Assembly (NCBI GenBank): GCA_045544075.1 | Contig: JAZPYJ010000144.1 | Coordinates: forward strand, 1 to 52,944 | Direction: 5' to 3' | Source of the DNA: Thermoanaerobacteraceae bacterium | GTDB taxonomy: Bacteria > Bacillota > JAZPYJ01 | DNA length: 52,944 nt | Part shown: piece after piece, positions 35,891-44,936 of the stretch | Layout: every line of letters begins with the position of its first letter | How positions within the stretch are numbered: the first letter of the stretch is position 1 | Program-made: the position numbers and the translations under genes | The notes under the pieces: model-generated | The model's database searches: none | Told to the model about the DNA's origin: nothing | The model's input: the letters and a program-made list of their open reading frames with translations, nothing else

Positions 35891-36883
35891 ATGAAGATCG
35901 ACATCTATTTTGACGAGTTCATAGAGACGTTTTCTACGAGATATAATAAAGATATCCGAAAAACGGCCAAAAAGCTGCTGAAAGGAAACAATGAATACTG
36001 TCTGCCTGAAATGCCGGGCTTTGAGGAATCTGAATATCTTGGCATTAATATCAAAGAATCTGTCAGGAAAATTCCGCGGGGAAAAGACAGCGCGATCAGT
36101 GTCTACAAAAAGCTGACTGATTTCCTGAGGGAGAAAGGCGTTGAAGTTTCCGTGACATTTCCTCCTGTTCCCGTCGATATCAGTTTCGAGCGGCAGATGT
36201 TCATTGCCAAATATCTGCAGGATGAAGATGCACACGTTCGTGATCTGGAAGATCTGCTCTGGGTCAGCGATCGCACCATCGATCAGGATCTGCAGCGCCT
36301 GTATCGGGGAAGCGACGATCCGATCCAGGTCTGCGGCCGTCCTTTTTTCATTCCCGACAGCGAGCGCGTAAGGGGACAGATACGCTCTGCCTCTACCGCT
36401 CATCCTCTCTTCCTGACTGAAAATCTCACTCAGGTGATCATCATGCTCAAAGGCCTGCGTATCATGGCTGACAATCCGCTTTATACAAGCTATGCCGAGG
36501 CCTCGGCTGCGGATATCTGGCAGCAGCTTTCCGATTATGCCAAGAAGAGGATCCGTTTCGTGCTCAGCGAACTGCTGCCGGAAGATCTTTCCTGGTATGA
36601 GACACTGGAAGAGAAAACAGACAGCTTTTATACGGAGCGCCGATGCAGCGTGAACGGAGATGTATGGCTGGACTGCATGAAGAACGGAAAGAGTTTTTGC
36701 GTCGAATACAGGACTGACGGCGGAACGGTGTTTTATGAAGACTGCCGTTTTGTTCCCCACAGTTATCGCAGGAAAAAGAACGGTATCGTGATCGAAGTGG
36801 ACTGCCGTCAGGGACGGAAATCACTGGATTCCGATCATGTCATCCGCAGTTCTTACAGTGCGGAGGAGTTGCTCGCGGACTGA
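35891..36883 (+). CDS. hypothetical protein with internal HTH (possible WYL-like regulator)
   Basis: 330 aa with SD ACGGAGG. The segment DLEDLLWVSDRTIDQDLQRLYRG looks like an HTH_11/DeoR-type recognition helix. It is followed by a PLFLTENLTQVIIMLKGL linker and a beta-rich C-terminus (FCVEYRTDGGTVFYEDCRFVPHSY...IVIEVDC). No family firmly recognised. Confidence 0.5.
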   Translation: MKIDIYFDEFIETFSTRYNKDIRKTAKKLLKGNNEYCLPEMPGFEESEYLGINIKESVRKIPRGKDSAISVYKKLTDFLREKGVEVSVTFPPVPVDISFERQMFIAKYLQDEDAHVRDLEDLLWVSDRTIDQDLQRLYRGSDDPIQVCGRPFFIPDSERVRGQIRSASTAHPLFLTENLTQVIIMLKGLRIMADNPLYTSYAEASAADIWQQLSDYAKKRIRFVLSELLPEDLSWYETLEEKTDSFYTERRCSVNGDVWLDCMKNGKSFCVEYRTDGGTVFYEDCRFVPHSYRRKKNGIVIEVDCRQGRKSLDSDHVIRSSYSAEELLAD

Positions 36884-36967
36884 AAAACACGAAGCTCAGC
36901 TTCGTATGGCGATCCGGTTTTTCATGTTAAAATAAGGGCATAAAATAAAGCAAAGGAGATATGAATC

Positions 36968-38080
36968 ATGAAATGCACATTTTATCGCCCTGAAACTGTA
37001 AATGTCAAAGAATGGAAGGCCATCCGCGAAAAACTGCGCGCAGATCTGGATGAACTGGAAACTGAAAACGCTGCGGAGAACGATGCAGTCCGCTACCTTG
37101 AGGGCCTGCTCTCACAGGCCGAACCGCTGGAGAAAAACCCTGCGATGTACTTCTTCGGCTTTGACAAGCCGAGCCATATGCCTTCCGATATACGGGTGGA
37201 GTATTATTACTGGCCGACTTATCTGGCTGCCGCGCTGACTATGAAAGCCTGCCTGCTTTATCCGGGCATTTTGAAAAAGGTATCTCTCCCGGACGGAAAG
37301 AACGCAGAGAATATCCTGCGTTCCGTGCTTTTGGGCTGCACCGGCCGGGAATTTAAAGGACACGGCTTTGACGATGTGAGAGGGCTTGTGGAAGTCATGG
37401 AGTTCTTTGTCAGGCATGGTGTTATGGACTTCCTGAAGCAGAACGAAGGTTTTTGTCCTGAGTTTGCCGCGTATGTGAACGATGCGCTGATGTTTATGCT
37501 GACTGGAGCGGCGGCAGACGGCGTGACCGGCGATTGGGGAGACGACTACACAGACCGTGCCTGTGTCATTCTGGAGAAGGCCGGTTTGATAGCTCCGGAG
37601 GAAGAAAAGCCTGAAGAAGAGAACGAACAGCGCCTTTATCTGGCTTACGGCAGCAATCTGAACACCAGGCAGATGAGCCGCCGCTGCCCTGATGCCCGCG
37701 TTGCCGGAACAGCGGAGCTTTCCGGCTGGCGATTGATGTACAAGGGCAGCGGGAGCGGCAATTATCTGACTGTAGAACGGGCGGAGGGATATAAAGTTCC
37801 CGTTGCCGTGTGGGCTGTCTCCGGACAGGATGAGGAGAATCTTGACCGCTATGAGGGATATCCTGTCTTCTATTATAAGAAAGAGCTGGAGATTTTGCTG
37901 CACGATACTGCGACCGATGAGAAGCGCCGGGCAACTGCATTTATTTATATCATGCACGAGGAACGCAGTCTTGGCCGCCCCACGGAAAGATATATGAAAA
38001 CCTGCCGGGAAGGCTATGACGGATTCGGATTTGATCAGGCTATCCTGAAGGAGGCATACGAGTTCAGCTGCCGGGGATAA
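36968..38080 (+). CDS. fusion of an unknown helical N-domain with a gamma-glutamylcyclotransferase (AIG2/GGCT-like) domain
   Basis: 370 aa with SD AAAGGAG. The C-terminal 140 aa have YLAYGSNLNTRQMSRRCP and LDRYEGYPVFYYK (GGCT YGSNL motif and catalytic-Glu context). The N-terminal 220 aa were not recognised. Confidence 0.6.
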   Translation: MKCTFYRPETVNVKEWKAIREKLRADLDELETENAAENDAVRYLEGLLSQAEPLEKNPAMYFFGFDKPSHMPSDIRVEYYYWPTYLAAALTMKACLLYPGILKKVSLPDGKNAENILRSVLLGCTGREFKGHGFDDVRGLVEVMEFFVRHGVMDFLKQNEGFCPEFAAYVNDALMFMLTGAAADGVTGDWGDDYTDRACVILEKAGLIAPEEEKPEEENEQRLYLAYGSNLNTRQMSRRCPDARVAGTAELSGWRLMYKGSGSGNYLTVERAEGYKVPVAVWAVSGQDEENLDRYEGYPVFYYKKELEILLHDTATDEKRRATAFIYIMHEERSLGRPTERYMKTCREGYDGFGFDQAILKEAYEFSCRG

Positions 38081-38177
38081 GCTTGCCGCATCACGCCGCA
38101 AGAAGATCCATCCGGAGGTTGAAGGGCCCCGGCCGAAAAAAAACAGGGAATTCTTTGATTCCGATGGGGGAAATGAT

Positions 38178-38400
38178 ATGGTCAGAAGAGAATATGTCGT
38201 AGCCAGAGTAAGAGGCGACAGAATGAAAATCCTGAAAACTTTTGGAGATAATAAAGAAGCTGCTTTGGAATATGGCAAAGAAATCGCAAAAAAAAAATAA
38301 AAAAGATGTTATCGTTTGTTTATCAGGCGCAATAAAAAATAACAGGAAAATCATCAGACAGGATATGATAATATATAAAGTCTGGGAAAATAATGAATGA
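38178..38400 (+). pseudogene. small gene (about 73 codons) interrupted at an A10 run
   Basis: ATG 38178 follows GGGGGA. Frame 1 gives MVRREYVVARVRGDRMKILKTFGDNKEAALEYGKEIAKKK, then TAA at 38298. The +1 frame continues KKDVIVCLSGAIKNNRKIIRQDMIIYKVWENNE to TGA at 38400. The frames meet in A10 (38288-38297). This ORF is absent from the ORF track. Confidence 0.5.
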
Positions 38401-38612
38401 GGGTTGAGAAATCAATCCCCTGCTTTGTTTGCGGCGTTCAGCTTATATTGCCGCGCTTGAAGCAGTCGGTCATAAAAAACCGTTGGTACGAATGACAGAA
38501 TTATGATATAATCAAGAAGTATATATTGGATGAAAAGGCGAAAGCGACGCGAAAAAAATGCTGCTGTCAACAGATTTGCAGTACGGTGCTCAGCCGGAAA
38601 GGTGCAGCGGAT

Positions 38613-39626
38613 ATGAATAAAAAAGTATGCATATTATATACCGGAGGAACTATCGGCATGGTGCCGACTGAAGACGGGTTCGCCCCGAAGTCCGGATATT
38701 TCGGAAGCCTGCTGGATGAAGTAGTTCAGCTGAGATACGATGATATGCCTGAATGGGATCTTGTGGAATTCGATCCGCTTCTGGATTCATCAGATGTTTC
38801 GATACCTGAATGGAACGCTATCGGCAGGGCGATAGCTTCGCGCTATGATGAATATGACGGTTTCGTCATTCTGCATGGGACGGATACCATGGCTTACTCT
38901 GCGTCCGCGCTTTCCTTCATGCTGGAAGGACTTGCCAAGCCGGTGATATTCACAGGCTCGCAGATCCCCATGTTCAAAGTACGCTCGGACGGCAGGGACA
39001 ACCTGATCAACGCTGTTCTGATAGCAGCTCAGGGAACCGTTCGCGAGGTTTGCATTTTTTTCGCGTCAAAGCTGATCCGCGGCAGCAGAGCCACTAAAAC
39101 TTCGGCCGACGAGCTTATCGCTTTTGCTTCACCGAACTATCCTGCCCTTGCCAAAGTCGGGATAGACGTCAGATATAATCAGAGAGCACTTTCTCTGCCC
39201 GAACAGGCCGGATCCTTCAGCCTCACAGAGCTGGAGCATGTTCCCATCGCAGTTCTGAAGCTTTTCCCCGGAATGCGATTCGATCTGTTCGAGCCTCTGG
39301 TCTCGAGAGGCATGAAAGCTGTTGTGCTGGAAGCTTTTGGTTCGGGAAACATTCCTGCCAAAAGCTCGGACATAGTGGAAAGCATCCGCGAGGCTATCAG
39401 GGACGGTGCTTTGGTCGCTGTCTGCTCACAATGCCATCAGGGGACTGCCCGTCTGGGGACCTATGCTTCTTCCGGCAGCCTCACTGATCTCGGTGCGGTC
39501 GGCTGTCGTGATATGACTACTGAGGCTGTCGTGGCAAAACTTTATTATCTTTTCAGTCGGAATATGGATAAAGGAGACATCGCACGGGCTTTGGAAACAG
39601 ATCTCCGCGGCGAGATCAGCGGATAG
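38613..39626 (+). CDS. ansA: L-asparaginase, type I
   Basis: The conserved N-terminus MNKKVCILYTGGTIGM starts at ATG 38613. HGTDTMAYSASALSF and GSGN motifs are present. The ORF-track TTG 38526 adds a Cys/Lys-rich extension. Confidence 0.85.
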   Translation: MNKKVCILYTGGTIGMVPTEDGFAPKSGYFGSLLDEVVQLRYDDMPEWDLVEFDPLLDSSDVSIPEWNAIGRAIASRYDEYDGFVILHGTDTMAYSASALSFMLEGLAKPVIFTGSQIPMFKVRSDGRDNLINAVLIAAQGTVREVCIFFASKLIRGSRATKTSADELIAFASPNYPALAKVGIDVRYNQRALSLPEQAGSFSLTELEHVPIAVLKLFPGMRFDLFEPLVSRGMKAVVLEAFGSGNIPAKSSDIVESIREAIRDGALVAVCSQCHQGTARLGTYASSGSLTDLGAVGCRDMTTEAVVAKLYYLFSRNMDKGDIARALETDLRGEISG

Positions 39627-39688
39627 AAAGACCGTCGGAGACGATGCGCTGTCCGTCTGAATAGTGTTCCTGAAAGAGGTACTGTGAT

Positions 39689-40477
39689 ATGCGTGAAATA
39701 ATTTTCGAGATAATAGAGGTAGACAGGGAAGACGACAGAATAAGCCGCTGGTATGACTGGTTCATGATGACTGTCATCATAATCAGCATCATTCCGCTGG
39801 CCTTTAAAGAGCCCGGCGAAACGCTGCGGACGGTGGAAAATATCTGCGCCGGCATATTTATCATCGATTACATACTGCGGCTGGCTACGGCGGACTTCAA
39901 ATTCGGTTCGCGCTCGGCGGCGTCCTTCATCCGCTATCCCTTCTCCCCGATGGCGATCATCGATCTGCTGTCCATCCTTCCGTCCTTCATGATGGCCAAT
40001 CAGGGGCTCAGGCTCTTCCGCCTGTTCAGGCTGCCGCATACTATGAGAGTCTTTCGCGTGTTCAGAATCATCCGCTATTCCAAAAGCCTGGATATAATCA
40101 TCTCTTCGGTAAAAAGGAGCAAAGAGGCCCTGGCGGCGGTATTCATCGTTGAGACAGGCTGTATAATCGTCTCCGCTCTGCTGATCTTCAACGCCGAGCC
40201 GGGGATATTCGACTGTTTTTTCGATGCGCTGTACTGGGCGACGATAACCCTGACCACGATAGGATACGGAGATATCAGTCCCGTCACTTACGCGGGCAGG
40301 GCTGTGACGATCATCCTGTCTTTGTGCGGGATCGCTTTGATAGCACTGCCGGCTGGCATTATCACCGCAGGTTACATGAAGGAGCAGGAGGAGCGGAGCC
40401 GGGAAGAGAAAAAGCGGAAGGAGCTGGAAGAGAGCGCGCGCGAAGAGCAGGAGCGCAGCAACTGCTGCGATGACTGA
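39689..40477 (+). CDS. voltage-sensor-containing (6TM, Kv-like) potassium channel
   Basis: S4-like RLFRLFRLPHTMRVFRVFRIIRY with Arg at every third position. Pore signature TLTTIGYGD. Charged C-terminal tail. Confidence 0.8.
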   Translation: MREIIFEIIEVDREDDRISRWYDWFMMTVIIISIIPLAFKEPGETLRTVENICAGIFIIDYILRLATADFKFGSRSAASFIRYPFSPMAIIDLLSILPSFMMANQGLRLFRLFRLPHTMRVFRVFRIIRYSKSLDIIISSVKRSKEALAAVFIVETGCIIVSALLIFNAEPGIFDCFFDALYWATITLTTIGYGDISPVTYAGRAVTIILSLCGIALIALPAGIITAGYMKEQEERSREEKKRKELEESAREEQERSNCCDD

Positions 40478-40533
40478 GGATAATCAAAGAGATCAAGCTT
40501 TCGCAAGTGAGTGAATAATATAATAAAATGCAT

Positions 40534-40563
40534 GAGGTGCTGCGATGCGGCACCTCTTTTTTG
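40534..40563 (+). terminator. intrinsic terminator after the channel gene
   Basis: GAGGTGC (40534-40540) pairs with GCACCTC (40550-40556), followed by TTTTTTG. Confidence 0.8.
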
Positions 40564-40585
40564 TGCTTCCGGGTATTTATTTGTT

Positions 40586-40637
40586 TTACATATTTTTTAC
40601 CGCAGTACGGTTTTTGGTTTTACAATCGGTCTATAAA
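40586..40637 (+). promoter_or_regulatory. candidate Pho-box promoter of pstS
   Basis: TTACA 40586-40590 and TTACC 40597-40601 are 11 bp apart. A third TTACA lies at 40620-40624, and TATAAA at 40632-40637. The arrangement matches the one at 10089-10142. Confidence 0.5.
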
Positions 40638-40689
40638 ATAGAGCCTGCAAGTCAAAAAGAAAGAAAAAATGAATCAGAGGAGGTTCAAA

Positions 40690-41526
40690 ATGAAGAAGAT
40701 CTTGAAGATGATGGCGCTTGGTATGACTGCAATGATGATGGCGGCGGCTTTAGCGGGGTGCGGCGGCTCGGCCTCGGAGGATCAGGGACTGTCGGGGAAG
40801 ATCTCCCTTGCAGGCAGCACTTCCATGGAAAAACTGTGTGAAGCGATGAGTGAAAGCTTTATGGAAGCAAATCCCGGAGTTACGGTATCGGTCGAATATA
40901 CAGGTTCGAGCGCAGGGATCGAATCACTGACCCAGGGAAGCGTTGATATAGGTAATGCGTCACGTGCTCTGAAGGACGGAGAAAAGGCGGGCGGTATCGT
41001 CGAGAATATAATAGCGATAGACGGGATCGCGGTCATTCTGGAAAAAAGCAATACTGCAGCAGATCTGAGCAAGGAGCAGCTTACCGATATATATACGGGT
41101 AAAATATCCAACTGGAGCGAGCTGGGCGGCAGCGATGAAGCGATAGTAGTCATCGGACGTGAAGCCGGTTCGGGCACCAGAGGTGCTTTTGAAGAACTGC
41201 TGGAAGTTGAAGACGCATGCAAATACGCACAGGAACTCGATTCCACCGGTGCGGTCCTTGCCAAGGTTGCATCTACGCCCGGTTCGATAGGCTATGTTTC
41301 TCTGGATGCGGTGGATGACAGCGTGAACGTTGCATCTGTCGACGGAACCGCTGCAACGGAGGAGAATATCGCGGCCGGTGAATACAAGCTTTCACGTCCG
41401 TTCGTAATGGCTACTAAGGGTGAAGTATCAGAACAGAATGATCTGGTCCAGGCATGGTTTTCCTATCTCGGTTCGGAAGAAGGACGCAATGTTATCTCCG
41501 GAGTCGGATTGATCCTTCCTCAGTAA
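40690..41526 (+). CDS. pstS: phosphate ABC transporter substrate-binding lipoprotein
   Basis: ATG 40690 lies 6 nt after GAGGAGG. Lipobox ALAGCGG. GSTSMEKL...YTGSSAGI is typical of PstS/PBP-like_2. The ORF-track ATG 40669 overlaps the SD. Confidence 0.88.
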   Translation: MKKILKMMALGMTAMMMAAALAGCGGSASEDQGLSGKISLAGSTSMEKLCEAMSESFMEANPGVTVSVEYTGSSAGIESLTQGSVDIGNASRALKDGEKAGGIVENIIAIDGIAVILEKSNTAADLSKEQLTDIYTGKISNWSELGGSDEAIVVIGREAGSGTRGAFEELLEVEDACKYAQELDSTGAVLAKVASTPGSIGYVSLDAVDDSVNVASVDGTAATEENIAAGEYKLSRPFVMATKGEVSEQNDLVQAWFSYLGSEEGRNVISGVGLILPQ

Positions 41527-41555
41527 GAAAGGCCTGATATGAAAAAAAAGCAAAG

Positions 41556-42446
41556 ATGAATGCCGGGGAATCAGCAGCAAAATATATATTTGCGGTCTGT
41601 GCCGCGATCGCCATCTTTGCGGTCTGCTCGATAACATTCTATATGATCGTGAAAGGCACTCCGGCATTTAAGACCGCCGGAGTGCTCGATCTGTTATTCG
41701 GAACCGTCTGGCAGCCGACCGCACAGGAAGCTGCGTACGGCATTTTTTATATCATTCTTTCATCTATAATCGGAACAGGCGCCAGCGTACTGATCGGAGT
41801 CCCGATCGGACTTCTTACAGCCGTGTTCCTGACTGAGACGGCCGACAGAAGACTGTCTGCTGTCGTTCATCCGGCGATCGAATTATTAGCGGCGATACCT
41901 TCTGTTATCTACGGCCTGCTGGGACTTATGCTTTTGAATCCGCTGATGTACCGGTTGGAAAAACTGATATTCGCCGATTCGCAGACCCATCAGTTTACCG
42001 GAGGAGCGAATATGATTTCCGCTATTCTCGTATTGGCTATCATGATCCTGCCTACGGTAGTTAATGTCAGCGCAGCGTCCCTGGCGTCTGTCCCCAATGA
42101 TCTTCGGGCTGCATCTCTGGCTTTGGGGGCAAGTAAAATACAGACTATCTTCAAGGTTGTGATCCCGGCGGCAGGATCAGGGATAATGACGGGCGTCGTT
42201 CTGGGCATAGGCAGGGCATTGGGGGAAGCTATGGCGATAAATATGGTCGCGGGCGGTTCCGTCAATCTGCCGCTGCCGTTCAATTCGGTACGTTTCCTGA
42301 CGACGCAGCTGGTCAGTGAAATGGGATACGCGGAAGGAGCTCACAGAGAAGTACTTTTCACTGTAGGTCTGGTGCTGTACGTTTTCATCATGATAGTCAA
42401 TCTGGTACTGCTGAAACTGAGAAAGGGGGCGGCGGAGAATGAATGA
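41556..42446 (+). CDS. pstC: phosphate ABC transporter permease PstC
   Basis: Six-TM BPD-transport permease with EAA-loop region AASLALGASKIQTIFKVVIPAA. The start is uncertain: ATG 41556 has no SD, and ATG 41539 has one but is out of frame (see findings). Confidence 0.88.
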   Translation: MNAGESAAKYIFAVCAAIAIFAVCSITFYMIVKGTPAFKTAGVLDLLFGTVWQPTAQEAAYGIFYIILSSIIGTGASVLIGVPIGLLTAVFLTETADRRLSAVVHPAIELLAAIPSVIYGLLGLMLLNPLMYRLEKLIFADSQTHQFTGGANMISAILVLAIMILPTVVNVSAASLASVPNDLRAASLALGASKIQTIFKVVIPAAGSGIMTGVVLGIGRALGEAMAINMVAGGSVNLPLPFNSVRFLTTQLVSEMGYAEGAHREVLFTVGLVLYVFIMIVNLVLLKLRKGAAENE

Positions 42447-43326
42447 CCATGTCAGAAGCTCTCTCTCTTTGGGTCGCAGGAGATATGCGGATGTTTTTCT
42501 ATACGTTCTGATATATTTCTGCGCTGCCTTGACGGTGGCGCTGCTTGCGGGGATCATTATCTATGTGTTCGCGCGGGGGATACATAAAGTTGACCTTAGC
42601 TTCCTCACTTCCGTTACATCGGTACTGCACGGGACCGTCGGCATAGCGGGGAATATCGTGAATACTCTTTTGATCATAATGATCACCATGCTGATCGCGA
42701 CACCGATCGGTACGGGCGCGGCGATCTATCTTAATGAGTACGCGAAGCCGGGCAGGATCGTGGATATCATTCAGTTCGCGACGGAGACTCTGGCCGGGAT
42801 TCCATCTATTATTTTCGGACTGTTTGGAATGATGTTCTTCGGGCAGACGCTGGGGCTCGGCTATTCCATCCTTACCGGTTCGCTGACTTTGATCCTGATG
42901 GTTTTGCCGCTGATCACCAGAAACACGCAGGAGGCACTGAAAACGGTACCTGCGAGCTATCGTCAGGGAGCAATAGGGTTAGGCGCCGGAAAATGGTATA
43001 CTATCAGGACCATCCTGCTGCCTTCTTCTATGCCGGGGATAATTACGGGCGTAATACTGGCGGTAGGACGCATCGTGGGAGAATCGGCGGCGCTTCTTTT
43101 CACAGCCGGAAGCGCGAAGATGCTGCCGGACGGGATCACGGATATATTCAGTAAGATATTCGAGCCGGGCGGAACCATGACAGTACAGCTTTATCTTTCC
43201 GCGACCAGCGAAGGTGATTTCGAGACCGCCTTCGGGATCGCCGCGGTGTTTTTGGTGATCGTGTTTCTGATAAATCTGGCAACTAAAAGACTGACGGCAA
43301 AATTTGACGTGACGAGGAAAAAATAA
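42439..43326 (+). CDS. pstA: phosphate ABC transporter permease PstA
   Basis: The permease motif [31 protein letters not shown] is typical of PstA. Overlaps pstC by 8 nt. Confidence 0.88.
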   Translation: MNDHVRSSLSLGRRRYADVFLYVLIYFCAALTVALLAGIIIYVFARGIHKVDLSFLTSVTSVLHGTVGIAGNIVNTLLIIMITMLIATPIGTGAAIYLNEYAKPGRIVDIIQFATETLAGIPSIIFGLFGMMFFGQTLGLGYSILTGSLTLILMVLPLITRNTQEALKTVPASYRQGAIGLGAGKWYTIRTILLPSSMPGIITGVILAVGRIVGESAALLFTAGSAKMLPDGITDIFSKIFEPGGTMTVQLYLSATSEGDFETAFGIAAVFLVIVFLINLATKRLTAKFDVTRKK

Positions 43327-43327
43327 C

Positions 43328-44089
43328 ATGAAACAAAACATAAAGATAAGTGTGAAGGATCTGCACCTTTATTACGGAGATAATCATGCGCTGAAGGGCG
43401 TCAGCATGGATATCAGGCAGAATGCCGTCACAGCGCTGATCGGTCCCTCCGGCTGCGGCAAATCAACATTCCTGAAAACATTGAACCGTATGAATGATCT
43501 GGTGGACAAGGTGCGGATCGAGGGGAAGATCCTGCTGGACGGTGAGGATATTTACGCGCCGGCGGCGGACACCGCGGTCCTACGCAAGAGAGTGGGCATG
43601 GTGTTCCAGCAGCCCAATCCTTTTCCCATGAGTATTTACGACAATATAGCTTACGGTCCGAGAGTACACGGGATAAAAGACAGGAAAACGCTTGACCGGA
43701 TCGTCGAGGAAAGTCTGAAGGGGGCCGCGATATTCGATGAGGTAAAGGATCGCCTTCGCAGAACGGCGCTCGGTCTTTCGGGAGGTCAGCAGCAGAGACT
43801 GTGCATCGCGAGAGCGCTGGCCGTGCAGCCGGAAGTGCTGCTGATGGATGAACCTACCTCTGCGCTGGATCCGATCTCTACAGCCAGGATCGAGGATCTG
43901 ATGGAAGAACTGAAGAAGAAATACACGGTGATCATCGTTACGCATAATATGCAGCAGGCGGCCCGTGTATCGGATCATACGGCTTTTTTTCTGCTGGGGG
44001 AGATGGTGGAATTTGCGGAGACAGAGAAGCTGTTTTCCTATCCGCAGGATAAGAGGACGGAAGAATATATCACGGGCAGATTTGGCTGA
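43328..44089 (+). CDS. pstB: phosphate ABC transporter ATP-binding protein
   Basis: [34 protein letters not shown] and the PstB-typical N-terminus. Confidence 0.93.
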   Translation: MKQNIKISVKDLHLYYGDNHALKGVSMDIRQNAVTALIGPSGCGKSTFLKTLNRMNDLVDKVRIEGKILLDGEDIYAPAADTAVLRKRVGMVFQQPNPFPMSIYDNIAYGPRVHGIKDRKTLDRIVEESLKGAAIFDEVKDRLRRTALGLSGGQQQRLCIARALAVQPEVLLMDEPTSALDPISTARIEDLMEELKKKYTVIIVTHNMQQAARVSDHTAFFLLGEMVEFAETEKLFSYPQDKRTEEYITGRFG

Positions 44090-44106
44090 TCATAGGAGGA
44101 AGACGG

Positions 44107-44787
44107 ATGAGATCAAAATTTGACGGACAGCTCAGGCAGCTGAACGATGAAATGACCGAGATGGGCGGAATGATCAAAAAAGCGATACAGGATGCGGTCG
44201 AAGCGTTTTTTCACCAGGACGCGGAGAAAGCGAAACGGATCATGCAGGATGATGATCTGGTAGACCGGGAGCAGAAAAAGATCGAAAGCATCTGCTTTCA
44301 GCTTTTGCTTCAGCAGCAGCCTGTAGCAGGCGATCTGCGGACGATAACTGCAGCAATGAAGATGGTGACGGATATGGAACGTATAGGTGATCAGGCGGCG
44401 GATATTTCGGAGCTGACGATCGCGATGGCTGGATGCCCGTATCTATTAAAAGAGGACAATATCAGAAAAATGTCCGCCGAAACGATCGCGATGCTGATGC
44501 AGGCGGTGGAGGCTTACGTAGAACGCGATATGGAAAAAGCGAGGCAGGTGATCGCCCGTGATGATATCGTGGACGGATTGTTTATAAAGGTGAAAGCTGA
44601 TCTGATCGAAGTAATGCAGCGAAGTCCTTCCTATGCGGAACACGCAGCGGATCTTTTGACAGTTAATAAATATCTGGAACGGATAGGAGATCATGCAGCA
44701 AACATTGCGGAATGGGTAATCTTTTCTCTGGATGACAACCCGGATAGAACAGCTGATAAAAATGAAGAGTGCTCTTCAATGGCATAA
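44107..44787 (+). CDS. phoU: phosphate signalling regulator PhoU
   Basis: Two PhoU repeats with ERIGDQAADI and ERIGDHAANI. Lies downstream of pstB. Confidence 0.9.
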   Translation: MRSKFDGQLRQLNDEMTEMGGMIKKAIQDAVEAFFHQDAEKAKRIMQDDDLVDREQKKIESICFQLLLQQQPVAGDLRTITAAMKMVTDMERIGDQAADISELTIAMAGCPYLLKEDNIRKMSAETIAMLMQAVEAYVERDMEKARQVIARDDIVDGLFIKVKADLIEVMQRSPSYAEHAADLLTVNKYLERIGDHAANIAEWVIFSLDDNPDRTADKNEECSSMA

Positions 44788-44936
44788 TGTCGCTCATGAA
44801 CGACATAAAAAGATTAATCGCGGTCCCTGATAGGATTTCAGCATCAAATATAGTATAATAAATATGAGCGGATATCCGCGATTAAAAAGGCGGATGAAAG
44901 ATATGCTGAATAACTATCTACAGGGAGGAAGGTTTT

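Noticed and set aside
37112-38278. Very long antisense ORFs: 388 aa here, and also 35819-36760 (313 aa), 11001-12098 (365 aa), 19676-20632 (318 aa), 12275-13144, 15329-16144, 32112-32963 and 48116-48826.
   Set aside because: All lie opposite ORFs with recognisable domains and proper SDs. Their products are Arg/Phe/Ile/Ser-biased with no motifs and no SD. They are treated as shadow ORFs.
38091-38354. 87-aa minus-strand ORF from the track (MIFLLFFIAPDKQ...).
   Set aside because: It is Phe-rich because it is the complement of a Lys-rich plus-strand small gene with a good SD (38178-38400). The minus ORF has no SD.
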